The notes below the pieces were generated by a model, which was given only the letters and a program-made list of their open reading frames with translations, searched no databases and had not been told where the DNA came from. The position numbers and the translations under genes are program-made. Of a DNA stretch of 64,000 nt, positions 26,111 through 39,900 are shown in pieces (positions within the stretch are counted from its first letter, which is position 1; every line of letters starts with the position of its first letter). This DNA comes from Podarcis bocagei (lineage: Eukaryota), in the NCBI GenBank assembly GCA_964188305.1, contig OZ076900.1; one strand, written 5' to 3'.

Positions 26111-29100
26111 AAAAGCAAAAGAATTACTATTTGTCTGTTGATTCAAAGAAACGTTTGATAAAGCATAACTCATTGTGGGAGCAAGCTTATGCTTAAGAGG
26201 GTGGCATAAAGGAAGCTGGTGTATGTTAACCTGGCGTAAAGTTGCACCAGATCCAAAACCTGTCCAGCAGTGGGGAAGCTGCTGCCACTCACTCTGCCTA
26301 ACCCTGGCAGAGGTAAATCAATCCTATAAAAGTCCCCAACTTTGGCTCAGCTGACAATATGCAGGTGTAATTTGCTCATCCAGGGCTCAGCTGGCAAAGA
26401 TGAGGCAAGTGTAAGTCTCCTTGCAAGGGGCGTGATGGAGGTGTGGTGTGGCATGATTAGAGGGGGAGACTTAGGCTGGATCCTAAGCCTATTCAGCCTA
26501 GTCAGATGACTTGGCAACTAGGCCTAAGCCCTAAACCACTATTTTATAGGATGAGCCCATCTGAGCCAGGAATCAGTCAGCTGAGCCAGAGATCAGCTAC
26601 ATCCTAAACTGTTCATCCCTTTGGATCTTCCCACAAGATTGCCCTCTGTGTCTACCAAGTCTATCCAGACTTGGAAGAGAAGTGGGCTGACTTATGGGTT
26701 TCCTTTAAGTGCATACAGTGCTGGTGTTCTATAGGCATCTTCCAGTTTTGCTATACACTCAATAAAGTAAAACTAAATGGTATGAAAATTATCTTTAATC
26801 CTCCCCTAGATAGTGACATTTTAGTGGTCAATATATTTGAGGCCACCAGAAACCATAACATTTTATAACTATGCTTCTGTAGAGACCCTCCAAATGTTTC
26901 CAGTGCCAATAGATTAATATTCTTCAAGTCACTTTTTTTTTAAAAAAAAATCTGACTAAAGTTTTACTTTTCTCATCTTGTTCTAGTTACTTAGCAATGC
27001 CAATGAGGGCCTTGGAAATAAGCCCTGTGTTGTTATTGCTCAAGTAGCCATTGCGATCTTCTGTGAGTACCTGCTCTGACATTACACACAACTTGCGTAA
27101 GACACCACTTGTGTGAGAAGTCTTTTTCCATGCATCAGCTGGCTCCAAATAACGTATGAACTGGCTGTAAGAAAAGAAACAAAGTTTGTTAGTTTTGTTT
27201 GACGGGATTATATGACATGCTTGAACAAACATCCTCTGATAAATGACAATGAACAATTCTTCTGCAAGTATCAAAGGAACCAATTTTTTAAAATGTAAGG
27301 GACTAGTTACTTTCAATTTAACTAATTGCATAAGCTGTTGAGTATTCTTAATCATTGTTTAATCTATTAAAGTTGTAAGTCTTTAAGGTGCCATAAAACC
27401 CATTTGTTGTTTCTTCTCAGTGATGTCTTTTCTAATGTGAAATCCTTTATATGGTAAGATATCTTAGATACTGTTTTACAAGGCATGGGAGATCAATTTT
27501 TATTTTGTCTTTAAAAGGAATATATGAGAATTAACCTCATTTTCTCCCAAACTCATGTTATAACTCTTTGGTAGGTCTTTTGCATCAGATAAGTTATGGA
27601 GGACTTCCAGAGCTTTAACAACAATCACTATTGTTTATTTTATTTATATAGGAGCCATCAATGTATGCTTCACAGGGCAATATAGGCAAAATCTTCTTTC
27701 TTTTCATTTCTTTTCTTTTCTTTAAAGTCCCTTGCACAATGAGCTTATGATCTAAATTGTGAGACAATACAAAAACAATGCTATTTTGTGCTGGATGCAG
27801 AATGACATTAGAAGCTTGGTGTTTGGATTTAAAGGAAAGTTGTTCCATGATCTGACCATTGACAGATATGAATGGAGGACAAGCCTATCAGTGGCTACCA
27901 CCCACAATTGTTGGCTCCACTTCCACTGTGCGGAAAGTGTTCTTGCACTCATGCTCTGCTTGTAGGCTTTCCATGGGCATCTGCTTGGCTACTGTGAGAA
28001 CAGAGTGTTTGGCCAGCAGGACACTTCTTGTTAGCAAAGCCACAGAAATAAATGGAGTCTGGGGAGAAAAGGCTTGATAGCACCTGATAGTACTGAGTAA
28101 ACTGAACAAAGCAGTGTATAATTTGAGGGGAAATAAACACAGAGATTTTGTCTTTCTTAATTCAGGCCTTGTACAAAGCAGGAAGACATGAAATCTCCAT
28201 CAGAACTATACAGCTAATAAGAGCATGTGCTACCTCAGTGAGGATCATCCCACTCTGCTTGGTTGCTAAGCAACACATCCACCTGTCTCCTTCTAGGCTA
28301 ATTGACTTTAACACTAACAGAACCAACCCTTAAGTTACAAACTGAATGATCTCAGTTGTTGTACTTCCAACATCTCTTGCCCACTAATGGTTTGGGCTGT
28401 GAAGGAGGCAAGAAGGCATCCCCTCAGCTTGGCAACCTGTGCGGGGAAACTGGTCATACTGCCTTAAATCTGTCTCCGTTAGGACCCCACAGAACAAAAC
28501 AAACAAACAAACAAACAAAAACCCAAGCCGGGGCAGGGGAAGGAGAGAGCAAAATCACAGTGGGTTTTTTTCTTAAATAGAAGAGGTGGTGATAAAGGTG
28601 CCCCAGTGATATTTGGTTGCTCAAAGGCCCAAAGAAACCTGGAGCCAGACAGAGAGCATATACAAGGAGCCAGACAGAGAGCATATCCATCATTTGTGTG
28701 GGCATATTCTGTCAGAAGATGTGGTGATGGTTACTAGCTAGGCTTTAAATAGGAATTAGTCCATTTAATGGAGGAGGGAGAGAGAGAGATGAATGGCTAT
28801 TAGTCTTATTAGTCAAACAGAATGCCCATGGTCAGAGTTAGCATGCCACTGAATTCTAGAGCATGGTGGGCAGTCAGTGGGGTGGGGAGCTGCAGCCTTC
28901 ATCACCTTCATCAAGGTGATGAAGAGGCATTTGGAACTGACCCACACCAGTCCACCCTCAGTTAACTCCCCACTGTCTGCTTCCTTAATTACAGTTTTGC
29001 AGGTGGCTTGGTCTGCCAGTTTCCTCCTCCTCCTTGTAGAACTCTGTAGTGAGGGGGAGGACGTAGACAAAACTAGAGTTAGTTGGTTCTGATTTCAGCA

Positions 29101-29447
29101 CACTAATTAGGGAGTAAGCTCATAAGAAAACAATGATACCTTTGATGATGCATGTACATGACTGCCCCATGGATCCCACTGAGGCAACGGGACAAATTAA
29201 CTTGTTTGATAGAACTTAGCTAGCACAAGTAACTTCAGCTGGATTAGGACAGGTGTACTAATATTTTTTGGGGGAAAGTTCTTCTATTTGTTCCTCCTTT
29301 TTGGTGCCACATAATCACCATGCAAATGTTTGCATTTAATCAGCATCAGTTTGATGTGACATAGTGCTACCAAGGTCATTTTGACATAACTTCAAGGGTA
29401 TACCTTGTATCAAAGCTGTTTACTCTTTCAAAGCACAAGTACGCACA

Positions 29448-29448
<1 letters not shown>

Positions 29449-29481
<33 letters not shown>
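29449..29481. repeat. (CA)n microsatellite
   Basis: Seen directly in the sequence. Confidence 0.95.
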
Positions 29482-29486
<5 letters not shown>

Positions 29487-30426
29487 CATGCAGTCTAGCC
29501 TGCTGCTCAAACTCTTGTCATGATGACTCAGAATGAACTTGAAAAGCTCTTGTAGTAAGGTGAGATTGCTTTCTTTTTTCTGCAAGAGCTACTCTGACTC
29601 AGTTTCAAGTAATCAAGCACAGAATAGCTGAGTATGTCCTCCAGAAGTTTTGCTAACTTTAGTCTATATTTCCCAAGGGAGTGGCTCCCATCAAAATTAA
29701 AAGGTATACTGTGAGGTGACCAGGATGGCTGTCTGCCTGTATTCATACCGACTTTTTCAAACAACAGCAGCTTAGGGCCAAACTAGATGGCATGTTAACA
29801 GTATGACTGCATTTCATAAAGACACTGCAATCTCTGCCGTGCCTCCTTTCCAAAAGGAAACGCGAACCCTGAGTAAGTGCCTGTGTTACACACCCACCCA
29901 CCCATTTCTACAGCAGTGCGAGATTTCAGGGGTCCTGGCACTTACCCAGGCTTATCCATCTTAAAACTGATAACATGGCAATATCAATCCCTACCCACAC
30001 CATACACACCCCACAGTCTTGCTGAGCAAAGGGAATTGTCAAGTGAGTTCATTCTACTCCAAACACTATATTAGAATACTGTGTATATATGGTTGCACCC
30101 TACAGCTGATTTTGTCAGGGCCAGTGGTATCATTAGGCCAATTAGGCAGCCGTCTAGGGTACAGACCTTAGTGGGGCACAGTACTGGCCTGTTGAGGAGC
30201 ACAGTTTTAAACAGATTACTTATTACTGCATTTTAAAAAATAAAAAAAATAGCAGTTTGAAGTTCCGTGCTTTTCATTTTTTTGTACAAGACACCCATTT
30301 TTGAAAATTGAAGTTAGCAATTTCTTGGGGGGTGGAGGCGTTCAAGTAGATAATTTTGCCTATTGAGCAAAATAGCCTGGAACCAGTACAGGATTTGGTT
30401 AACACAGAAAATATTATTACACACTA

Positions 30427-30713
30427 CAGTGGTGCCTTGCAAGACAAAATTAATCCGTTCTGCGAGTCTCTTTGTCTTGCGGTTTTTTCGTCTTCCGAAG
30501 CACGGCTATTAGCGGCTTAGCGGCTATTAACGGCTTAGTGGCTTAGCGGCTTTAAGAAAAAGGAAACAAACTCTCAAGAACTTGCAAGACGTTTCGTCTT
30601 GCGAAGCAAGCCCATAGGGAAATTCGTCTTGCGGAATGACTCAAAAAACGGAAAACTCTTTTGTCTTGCGCGTTTTTTGTCTTGCGAGGCATTCGTCTTG
30701 TGAGGTACCACTG
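30427..30713. mobile_element. pogo/Tigger-like MITE, family A
   Basis: Same TIRs, TA TSD, (TTAGCGGC)n interior. Confidence 0.9.
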
Positions 30714-31516
30714 TATTTACAATACTAGAGAGAGGGCAATGAACCCAAAACTGCAACACCATTTGCTCATATACATCACATTGTTATAACGGGGACTTTA
30801 TGTTTGGGCAATTCAGCTAAGGACAGTAGCTCAGGGCTGAGGTCTACCTCAAAAGTACACATGCATTAGAATTGTCTGTCATGTCTCCCTCTGTGGCCTA
30901 GATGTGTTTGTGCCCTATGGTACAATGCTACAATCATTAGATAACAGAACATGTTTTTCCACCATAACAGATCTTGTTAAAAATGCATTTGATTACTTTG
31001 GTAATTAGAGCTACAACTCATTATTATATAATCTAGTATTCATTTTTTTCTAGATGCTGGAGAAAAGTGAATCTTGAGGAGAATAAATGATTAACAAGAG
31101 TAAACAAATGTTGTCCCTGACAACAGAATCACAAGCTACAGTTACTGTAAATATTGAATGGTGCATAGTTTCCCTGTTCTTTCAACCCACTGCAAAATAT
31201 TTTTTTCCCTGCACTTGGTATCATGTTACTGCCGTAACAGTTTGCTCCCCACCACCCGCACGCTCCCCGTGAAAATATTGTGTAGATCTGTGGATATATT
31301 TTTGAGAACAGTGGCTGCTAAGGCAAGATGCCAGCCCCCCCCTTTTTCACACTAAAAATCTGAGAGAGCTTTGCTCAAATTTCTCACATTGATGGAATAT
31401 ACCACCCCAAGAGCCTATTAGGGTTGAATGATAGGATATAAATGAAATTCTTCTACACATTTCAGTGACAGTACAAAAACCTATTAGTCACAGTTGCAGC
31501 ACAAGGGGAAAAAATA

Positions 31517-31757
31517 CAGTGATACCTCAGGTTACAAACGCTTTGGGTTACAAACACTTCAGGTTACAAACTCCGCTAACCTGGAAATAGTACCTCGGGT
31601 TAAGAACTTTGCCCTAGGATGAGAATGGAAATCGCGTGCCAGCAGCATGGCAGCAGCGGGTGGCCCCATTAGCGAAAGTGCACCTCAGGTTAAGAACGGT
31701 TTCTGGTTAAGAACAGACCTCTGGAACAAATTAAGTTTGTAACCTGAGGTACCTCTA
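31517..31757. mobile_element. pogo/Tigger-like MITE, family B
   Basis: TIR CAGTG(G/A)TACCTCAGGTTA, TA TSD, repeated GGTTAAGAAC. Confidence 0.85.
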
Positions 31758-34074
31758 TATTTGGAAGGGGGTGACAAAGACTGGGGGGGGGAGCTTTATT
31801 CAAATGAGATTTCTGAAAAAAATAACAAATTTCATATTAACACTCTCATTCTTAACCTGTTTTCTCTGAAGGCCTATTGATTTTGATGAAGCTAACATTC
31901 AAGTAAGCATGCTTTTAGGAGCCCACACGTAATTTGTATGTGAAAAGCACATTTCCTTCAAGTATCTCCAGGATCCAACATTTCAAGGAGAGACTATGCC
32001 ATTGTCTATGCCCACCTGAAATCCTGGGATTTTTTTCATATGCTCTTTGGGAAACTATCAGGGCAGCTCTGCCCAGTCATCAAAATTGGCCCTCAAGGGG
32101 TAGTGATAACAGTATGGTCTGCTAGGCTATAAAGGTTTCCCATCCCAATGAAAACTGTCTTGAGTCCTCTCTGTATCCATATCCAACAGAGTAACTAGGA
32201 CCTTGAAAGGGCCACCAATGCCTACTGTAAACTCTTGGAGGGGTGGGTCCTATCAGACAATTCCTTCTCACTTATAGTACACTAGAATGTACTATGTAGG
32301 TGTCAAAAGTTGGATATTTAAACTGAAGAAAGGGGGAAAGAGAAAATGCTTAGTATCCTGTAAAGCAATCATGTTTACATGGAAGGAATACAGCAATTAC
32401 CTGTGTGAACCTGTGTGAGATTTCCCCGCCCCCACCATGCCTGAAGACTCTGTTGCAGTCAATTTCTCTTAGCAGGTGGAATGCTCATGATCATTCTACG
32501 ACATTGCACCAACTCAGCCAAAGGCTTGATAGGCATTTGAAAATCCTCCCTTCGATTAGGTTCTGGAGAGACTGGTTTCAGTCAGAAAGTAGATTATTGC
32601 AGGGTTTTCAAATGTGCAGCAAGTAACCATACCTGCCCTTGTGGACAGCAGGCTCTAGAACAACTCTAGATTGAAATCAGCATGTTGAGGACAAGCATGA
32701 ATGATTCTGGATTGAAAAAACTACATTTTTGTGTTATAAACAGGTTCACATGCAGCAGCCTATGCCTTTACTCTGAGGTAGTTGCCGGAAGCTTTCACCT
32801 GCTCCCATTTCACAGTGCATTCTGTACTAATACAAATGTCACAAACATCTATGTATGAGCATAAAGAGAGGCTCCACAGGGCTGTTTATCCTATTAGCAA
32901 GTCAGTTCGAGCAGTAGCCCCATTCCCCTATATACTAGCTGATGAAAACAAGCTTCCTGCCAGCCACAAGGGAGCAAATACGCTACTCATGGCTGTGTTC
33001 CAACATAGCATGTTCATTTATGCAATGCAGAATAAGGAATGATGACTCAGAGAGCCTTTAAGTAACAACTGTTTATCTGAGCTGCTCCCGAGGTTACCAT
33101 ATGTAGGTACACTCTGCCCAGCACTCAGGTCTACAAGGACTATCCCAGTGTAGTCATAAGAGCCTGGAATGCATAAACTACTTCAAAACATCTGGTGGTG
33201 TACCTTTCTGACAATTTGGCACATGCAAAACTTTGAGTACACAATCATTCTGTGTTCTTTATACACTGGAAAACAATAAGTAACACTTATTATTTATTTA
33301 CAGGGGTATACAGAGACTCTAGGGTTGTGATCTAGTTAAACTAATTAATTGTTATTTGCCCTGAATTAGCAACTTTGCTTTGAGTTTTATCTAGGAAGGA
33401 AACACTATTGAGCCCACTATCTTGGTTCACTTTTAAGGTGTGGAGGTGCTTCAGAATCTCCAGTGCTTTATTTATGTTGCATATCACCATCTCCTTATAA
33501 AGGGTTTCCCTTTGGATACAAGAAAGAGGAACTTATACTGTATATGGTTCCGTAGAATCCAAGAAGTTGTTACAATGCTGTGTGGATTTGTTTCAGACCC
33601 ACATGTTTTAATAACCTCTCCCTGACACAATATCTTTACTCAATGCTACTATGTTACATCTGATGGTGTTGGTTTAGCAATGCTGACCTGATCCAGGTTG
33701 CTGAGACAACCTGTATAACATCCAAAGTCACACACCAAAACAACTCTGCAAGTCATGATATTATGCAATGCAGTGTCACTGAGCCTCATCCTAAATCTTT
33801 ATATATAGCATAGAATATCTCAAAAGATATTAAATGGGAGGGGCTAATTTCACAAAGCATGTTAGTAAATCTTCAGAGTTTGGAGTTATTAAGTATCTCT
33901 CAAATGATTAGAAATTCATAACTCTTTCAAAAATGTATTTGCAAACACATTTTGTGTATAAGTGAAAGGGGTTGAAAACATCTTCCTATTAGCACCACTA
34001 CCACAATGGGTTTTGCTTCCAGTGTAACATGTTCTTCCTCCTCCTCCTCCTCATTAGTACTAGTAGTAGCAGCA

Positions 34075-34590
34075 GTATATTTGTACCCCATCCATCTGCC
34101 TGGGTTGTTCCAACAAATTATAAAAACAGAGTAAAACATCAAACATTAAAAACTTCCCCGTACTGGGCTGTCTTTCGATGTCCTCTAAAAGCCATCTAGT
34201 TGTTTATCTGCTTGACATCTGATGGGATGAAACCACTACCAAGAAGACCCTCTGCCTGGTTCCCTGTAACTTCATTTCTTGCAGTGAGGGATTCGCCAGA
34301 AGACCCTTGGAGCTGGACCTCATAGCTATCCATGGAGGCATGGGTTAATTCTTCACCCAGGACATCTCTATCAGCTACATCTGGTACACTGGCTGAGATC
34401 CTACCTGCCTGTGCACTGTTTCACCAGAGTGGTGCATGCTCTGGTTATCTCCCACTTAGACTACTGTAATGCGCTCTGTGTGGGGCTACCTTTGAAGGTG
34501 ACTTGAAGCTACAACTACCCGTAATCCAGAATGCAGCGGCTAGACTGGTGGTGGGGAGTGGTTGCCGGAAACATATAACACAAGTCCTAA
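34075..34590 (-). mobile_element. L2 LINE with an inverted 5' portion
   Basis: 34322 to 34075 (minus) encodes LRSSSKGLL...QGTRQRVF plus the 3'UTR and tail; 34330-34590 (plus) encodes the upstream VVHALVISHLDYCNALCVGLPLK...QNAAARLV...HIT. Confidence 0.75.
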
Positions 34591-35186
34591 GCACAATGGA
34601 AACAGTAATAACAGCACAATCCAATGCATATTATTAATGCAGAAGTGCATCCCATTGCATTAAGTAAGGCATTTTCCAAATAATGGTATGCATGGAGTTG
34701 TAGCCTGAGCTTTATCAATAATTTAAACCATCTACCTTTACAAAAGTCTATTTTCAACACTTCATCTTACATTCCCAACATTTTATCATATCTGATATAA
34801 CCAAGAAACAAAATGTAAGATTGGAGTAGGTAGATGAAGGATGGTTTCAGCCAGAAGTGGGTTTCCTTTACTTTCCTTTACTTTCCTTTACTTTCCTCCA
34901 TGCAAATGAACAGCTGTTATTTACTCATATGAGGACACTGTTGAAATAACTATGTGCCCTCCAACCCTTACAGTGGGTGACCTAGTTCTCACTGATAGGG
35001 ATTGGGCATGAGGTGTACTGTGACCCTATGGTCCCTGCACCTGTTAATCCCCACTCCTCTATCCCTCCACACACATACTTCTTGTAATGACAATGGGCAT
35101 TCTGCTACTAACAAATAACTGCCTTTGTAATGAAGATTGGTAAATAAATATATTGTATTGTTCAGACAAATAATTTAATTTAGTGA

Positions 35187-35342
35187 GGGGGGGTTGTTTT
35201 AATTTTTTTTGTTGGCTTTTGCTTTGTTTTGTTAGTCCATATAGCGTTTTTGTATTGTATTTGTATTGTTTTTTCTCTTTTCTTTTTTGTTTGTAGTGTT
35301 GTGTTGAAAATGTTGAAAAAGTAATAAATATCATTAAAAAAT
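35187..35342 (+). mobile_element. Very short L1-type 3' end insertion
   Basis: T-rich UTR, AATAAA and A-tail flanked by the 18-bp TSD AATAATTTAATTTAGTGA (35169-35186 and 35343-35360). Confidence 0.75.
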
Positions 35343-35892
35343 AATAATTTAATTTAGTGATAAGGCAGCATCATTTTCTCAAGTGTATATGTACAATAAA
35401 GCTGTCAATACACTAAATTCAGTTTAAGGGGGGGGAACCTGACACATCACTATTTAAAGATCCTTCTCTAAAATCATATGCTTCTGAGTCATCAAAAACT
35501 CTCAGGTGTTGGTCTCATAGAAGTTGCCAACTTCCATGGGATTCACATGATTTCAATGTGTCTTCACATTCACAAACTCCCTGCACGTAGAAAACTAAGC
35601 TAGAAACTTTCTCCCCTCAGAGCCATCTTCCATGTGCATGAATTTTGCTCTTCCTGATAGGAGTACTTCACCATGTAAGTGCCCACTTGTAGTCTGAAAT
35701 GGTACAGCATTTATCTTCTATAGCTGAGACCTGTTACAGGGTGGATCAATAAATTTTCAGTGCACTGTCCACCATCTAGGATTCCTTTCACACACACCCT
35801 GACTTTATTAAAGTTTGAAGGAAAATATACAACAGTTAATATTAACTATCCAATATATTTTTATCAAAGATAAATGAAACTAATCTGAATGA

Positions 35893-36020
35893 NNNNNNNN
35901 NNNNNNNNNNNNNNNNNNNNNNNNNNNNNNNNNNNNNNNNNNNNNNNNNNNNNNNNNNNNNNNNNNNNNNNNNNNNNNNNNNNNNNNNNNNNNNNNNNNN
36001 NNNNNNNNNNNNNNNNNNNN
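35893..36020. other. Assembly gap (128 N)
   Basis: Run of N. Confidence 1.
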
Positions 36021-36489
36021 CTGATTCTTTGTCAGCTATATATAGCAAAATTATTCAAAACATCCACTCCAAGATAACACTCAACAATTCCACTTTGCAT
36101 TAACCAGTATTTTCTTCAATCCTCAAACCCAGATATCATAAGTTCATTTTCTTTTTTGCACGAAAAGTCTATAAGGGGTTCCATCTGAATTCCTTTCCAA
36201 AAGAGTTCAGTTTATCACCTACATGGTATATAACTGGATTTTTTTTTCCTTTGGCATTCTTATTTCTGGAATGGGGATGATTATCTGTTTGTCTAGTTTA
36301 AAAACAGAATGCTGCTTTTCTTATCTTTGTATGTGTCTGTGTGATTTATTATTGTTTCGTATGTTTATTTATGAGTATTTTTACTCTATATGTCTTCAAT
36401 CCTCCCTTCCTTCCTTTTTCATCTGATAGATTCAAAGATTTCCCTCACGAAGATCTATATTATCTAAAATATTATTTGTCTTTTGTAGC

Positions 36490-36793
36490 TGTTATGTATT
36501 CAGTGGTCTATGTTCACCTGAGCTTGAGTCTGGAGCCCCTGTGTTCTAAGTAGACACATGATATCCAATCACATAGCATTATCAAGGTTTTGGCTATTGG
36601 CATTGGCTCTTAAGTTCTGAGTTACAATTCACAGCTTGGAATTTTTGACAGCCAGTCACATTGAGAGTGGGAGTGGCCCAGGCTTTCAGAAATACATTTA
36701 AGCAGTTGCTTTCCCCAGTTGTTCAGTTATGTTACCTCAAGTCTCTTGCTATTATCATTGTGTCTGGCCTCATAGAAACCCATGTACACTTCA
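36490..36793 (+). repeat. 5' LTR of the Gypsy element (304 bp)
   Basis: TG...CA termini; homologous to 41045-41217 and 42149-42247. Confidence 0.88.
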
Positions 36794-36794
36794 C

Positions 36795-36812
36795 TGGCTA
36801 CAAGCATGGGAT
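36795..36812 (+). other. Primer-binding site, probably for tRNA-Ser(GCU)
   Basis: TGGCTACAAGCATGGGAT immediately after the 5' LTR matches TGGCGACGAGGATGGGAT (complement of the tRNA-Ser 3' end as I recall it) at 15/18 positions. Confidence 0.6.
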
Positions 36813-36971
36813 GCTAGGCTAGTTATGCAGCCCTGGCTGGCTTCCACAAGCTGAAATCACTGCTGGGGAACTGTCACCTCAACTGAGCTGAAGCACAACT
36901 GGGGACTTGCCACCTGAGCTGGCTGGAATCACTGACTGCAGCCACAAGGCAGGTCACACAGAGCAGACCTC

Positions 36972-39900
36972 ATGGCCACCCAGGACCACATCAAGCAATT
37001 TGACCCCACAGTCCCAGGGAAATGGAACTCCTATGCCACCAAGCTTGAGTTTTTCCGTGTGGCCAATAACGTGACCGACCCTGTACTGAAGCGAGCCATG
37101 CTGTTCAGTGTGTGTGGGCCTGCCACGTTCAAGATTCCCCAGGCCCTCGAGGCCCCAACCAAGCTAAGTGAGATGACATTCAACACAATAATGCTGAAGT
37201 TGAGGACACACTTCGCTTCCCAGCCATTGGAGATTGCTTGCCAGCACGAGTTCTACAAACGAAACCAGGCCTCAGGCAAATCCATAGAGGCCTTCATCAC
37301 AACCTTGCGGCAGGACACCCACCACTGCAACTTCAGTGATCTGGAGATAATGCTCCACAACCGTCTTGTGTGCAACCTAAGGGATGAGAAGCTACAACAG
37401 CGCCTTTTTGCAAAGAAGGATCTAGCCTTCCAGGTTGCCTTAGACGAGGCCCTCATGGCAGAGACAGTCAACAAGATGATGAGAGAGATTCGCCAAGTGC
37501 AAAGCCCAACCATGGCATGGAAGGCCGAAGCAGTGCACTCAGAGAAGATTGTAGACAGTGAGGAAGGTGAGGAGGTCCTGAGACTGTGCCTTGGCTTGTC
37601 CAAGTGTTTTGGCCAACAGAGAGGTGCAGAGGTGAATTGCACCAGTTGCGGGGGCCAGCATGAATGCCAGTCATGCCGTTTCTGTGATGTCCAGTGTTGG
37701 GAATGTGGGAAAACTGGCCATATTGAATGCACCTGCCAAATGAAGGAGCAGTGGGGCGCTCCCTGGCATCCAACTTTGGGGACTGGGGATGGTCACTGCG
37801 GGACTCCAGGTGCAATAGAATGCCATGCCATATCGGAGTGTACCTGCACACAGGAGCCAGCTGCCACATCTATCCAGAATGCACAGCCAATCTGCGAGAA
37901 GATTCGAGTAGCCGTGATCATCCAGGGAACCCCATGCGAAATGGAGGTTGACTCCGGGTCAGCGCTCTCTGTTATTTCTGCTGAGACATACCATCACATC
38001 TGCCAGAAGGGAGGAGCCCCCTGTTTGCAGCCCTTTGAGGTGATCCTGACAGACTTCCAAGGGAAGCAAGTGCCCATTCAGGGCATTGGCATGTTCACTG
38101 TCCAATTTAAGCATTTTAGCGGACCGCTGCAGCTGGTAGTTGTCAAAGGCCACCACACCAGCCTACTTGGCCTCAACTGGTTCGACGCACTGGGCATCCA
38201 TATCACCGGGGTCCAGCACATAGGCCAGTCCAGCTATGAGGCCATCTGTGATGAGTTTGCAGCCGTGTTTGATGTGTCACTGGAGTGCTACAAGGGCCCA
38301 CCGGTCGCACTGAGCCTCAACCCGGCTGTAGTACCGATCCGCAAGAAGGCTCGGCAGGTGCCATTTGCCCTGAAGCCCAAGATTGATGCAGAGTTGGATC
38401 ACCTCATCAAACAAGGCGTCATTGAGCCAGTCCTGCATGCTCAGTGGGAAACCCCAATTGTCACTTGCCTCAAGGCAAATGGGAATGTGAGGATCTGTGC
38501 TGACTACAAGTGCACCCTCAACAAAGCCTTGCAGCAGCATGCGTATCCTGTTCCAGTCGTGAGTCACCTTCTTGCATCGCTGGCCAGTGGGAAAGTCTTC
38601 GCAAAGCTTGACTTGACCCAGGCATATCAACAACTCCCAGTTGACGAGGCCACCTCTGAGGCACAGACTATCGTGACCCACCACGGGGCTTTCCGTGTCA
38701 AGAGGCTACAGTTTGGTGTCAGCGTGGCCCCAGGCCTCTTCCAAAACCTCATGGAAGATGTCCTGAAGGGTCTCCCTGGAGTAATTCCATATTTTGGTGA
38801 TGTCCTCATTGCGGGGGAGTCCGAGGCAGAGCTTGCATGCCGTCTTCGAGAGGTCCTGTGCCGTTTTCAAGATGCCGGCCTAAAGGTGAAGAAAGAAAAA
38901 TGCCAGCTGGGGGTGCCCGAGGTTGAGTTCCTCGGGTTCCTGATCAACGCTGATGGCATCCACCCCACACCAGCAAAGGTAAAGGCCATCCATAGTGCTC
39001 CACCACCACGCTGTAAGCAGGAGTTGCAGTCCTTCCTGGGCCTGTTGAACTTCTACCACTCTTTTATTCCACATAAGGCGGCCACTGCGGAGCCCCTGCA
39101 CCAGCTATTGAACAAGAAAGCTCCTTGGATCTGGGGCTGTGCTCAGGACACTGCTTTCAATGCTGTCAAACACCTGCTCTCCTCTGACAGTGTCATAACC
39201 CATTTCAATGAGACCAAGCCTGTTGTGCTTGCCTGTGATGTCTCCCCATATGGAATCGGTGCAGTCCTCAGCCACCAGTTGCCGGATGGACGGGAGGCCC
39301 CTATTGAATTCTACTCCAGGACCTTGTCATCAATGGAATGCAATTATGCCCAGATCGACAAGGAGGCCCTGGCTGTCGTGGCAGGGGTGAATAAGTTTCA
39401 CAACTACATCTATGGCCACCACTTCACAATTGTGACTGACCACAAGCCTCTGCTGGGCCTTTTTGCTCCTGATCGGCAGACTCCTCAGATCCTGTCCCCA
39501 AGGATGCTAAGGTGGTCCATCTTTCTCAATGCATATGACTACGCACTTCAACACCGTCCTAGCAAGAGCTTGAGCCACACAGCTGCCCTAAGCCACCTGC
39601 CATTGCCAGACATAGACGCTGATCCGTCCCCAGCCCACAGCGTGATGCTGCTGGAGACTCTGCCCCAGCCACCACTTCACACCACAGATGTTGCCATGCA
39701 CTCAGCAAAAGATCGCACCCTCTCCCGTGTCCTCAACTGGGTGTGGAGAGGGTGGCCAGTGGGTCACCTTGATGCCAAGTTCTCCCCATTCATCTCCCGG
39801 CAACATGAACTGTCAGTTCACAAGGGATGCCTGTTGTGGGGGAACCGGGTTGTGATTCCTGCTAAGCTGCAGACCAGAGTGCTGGAGGCTCTGCATGTGA

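Noticed and set aside
35800-36489. Old minus-strand L1 fragment hosting the Gypsy insertion (possibly continuing after 42250)
   Set aside because: Composition is suggestive, but I could not read a convincing motif and the gap interrupts it.
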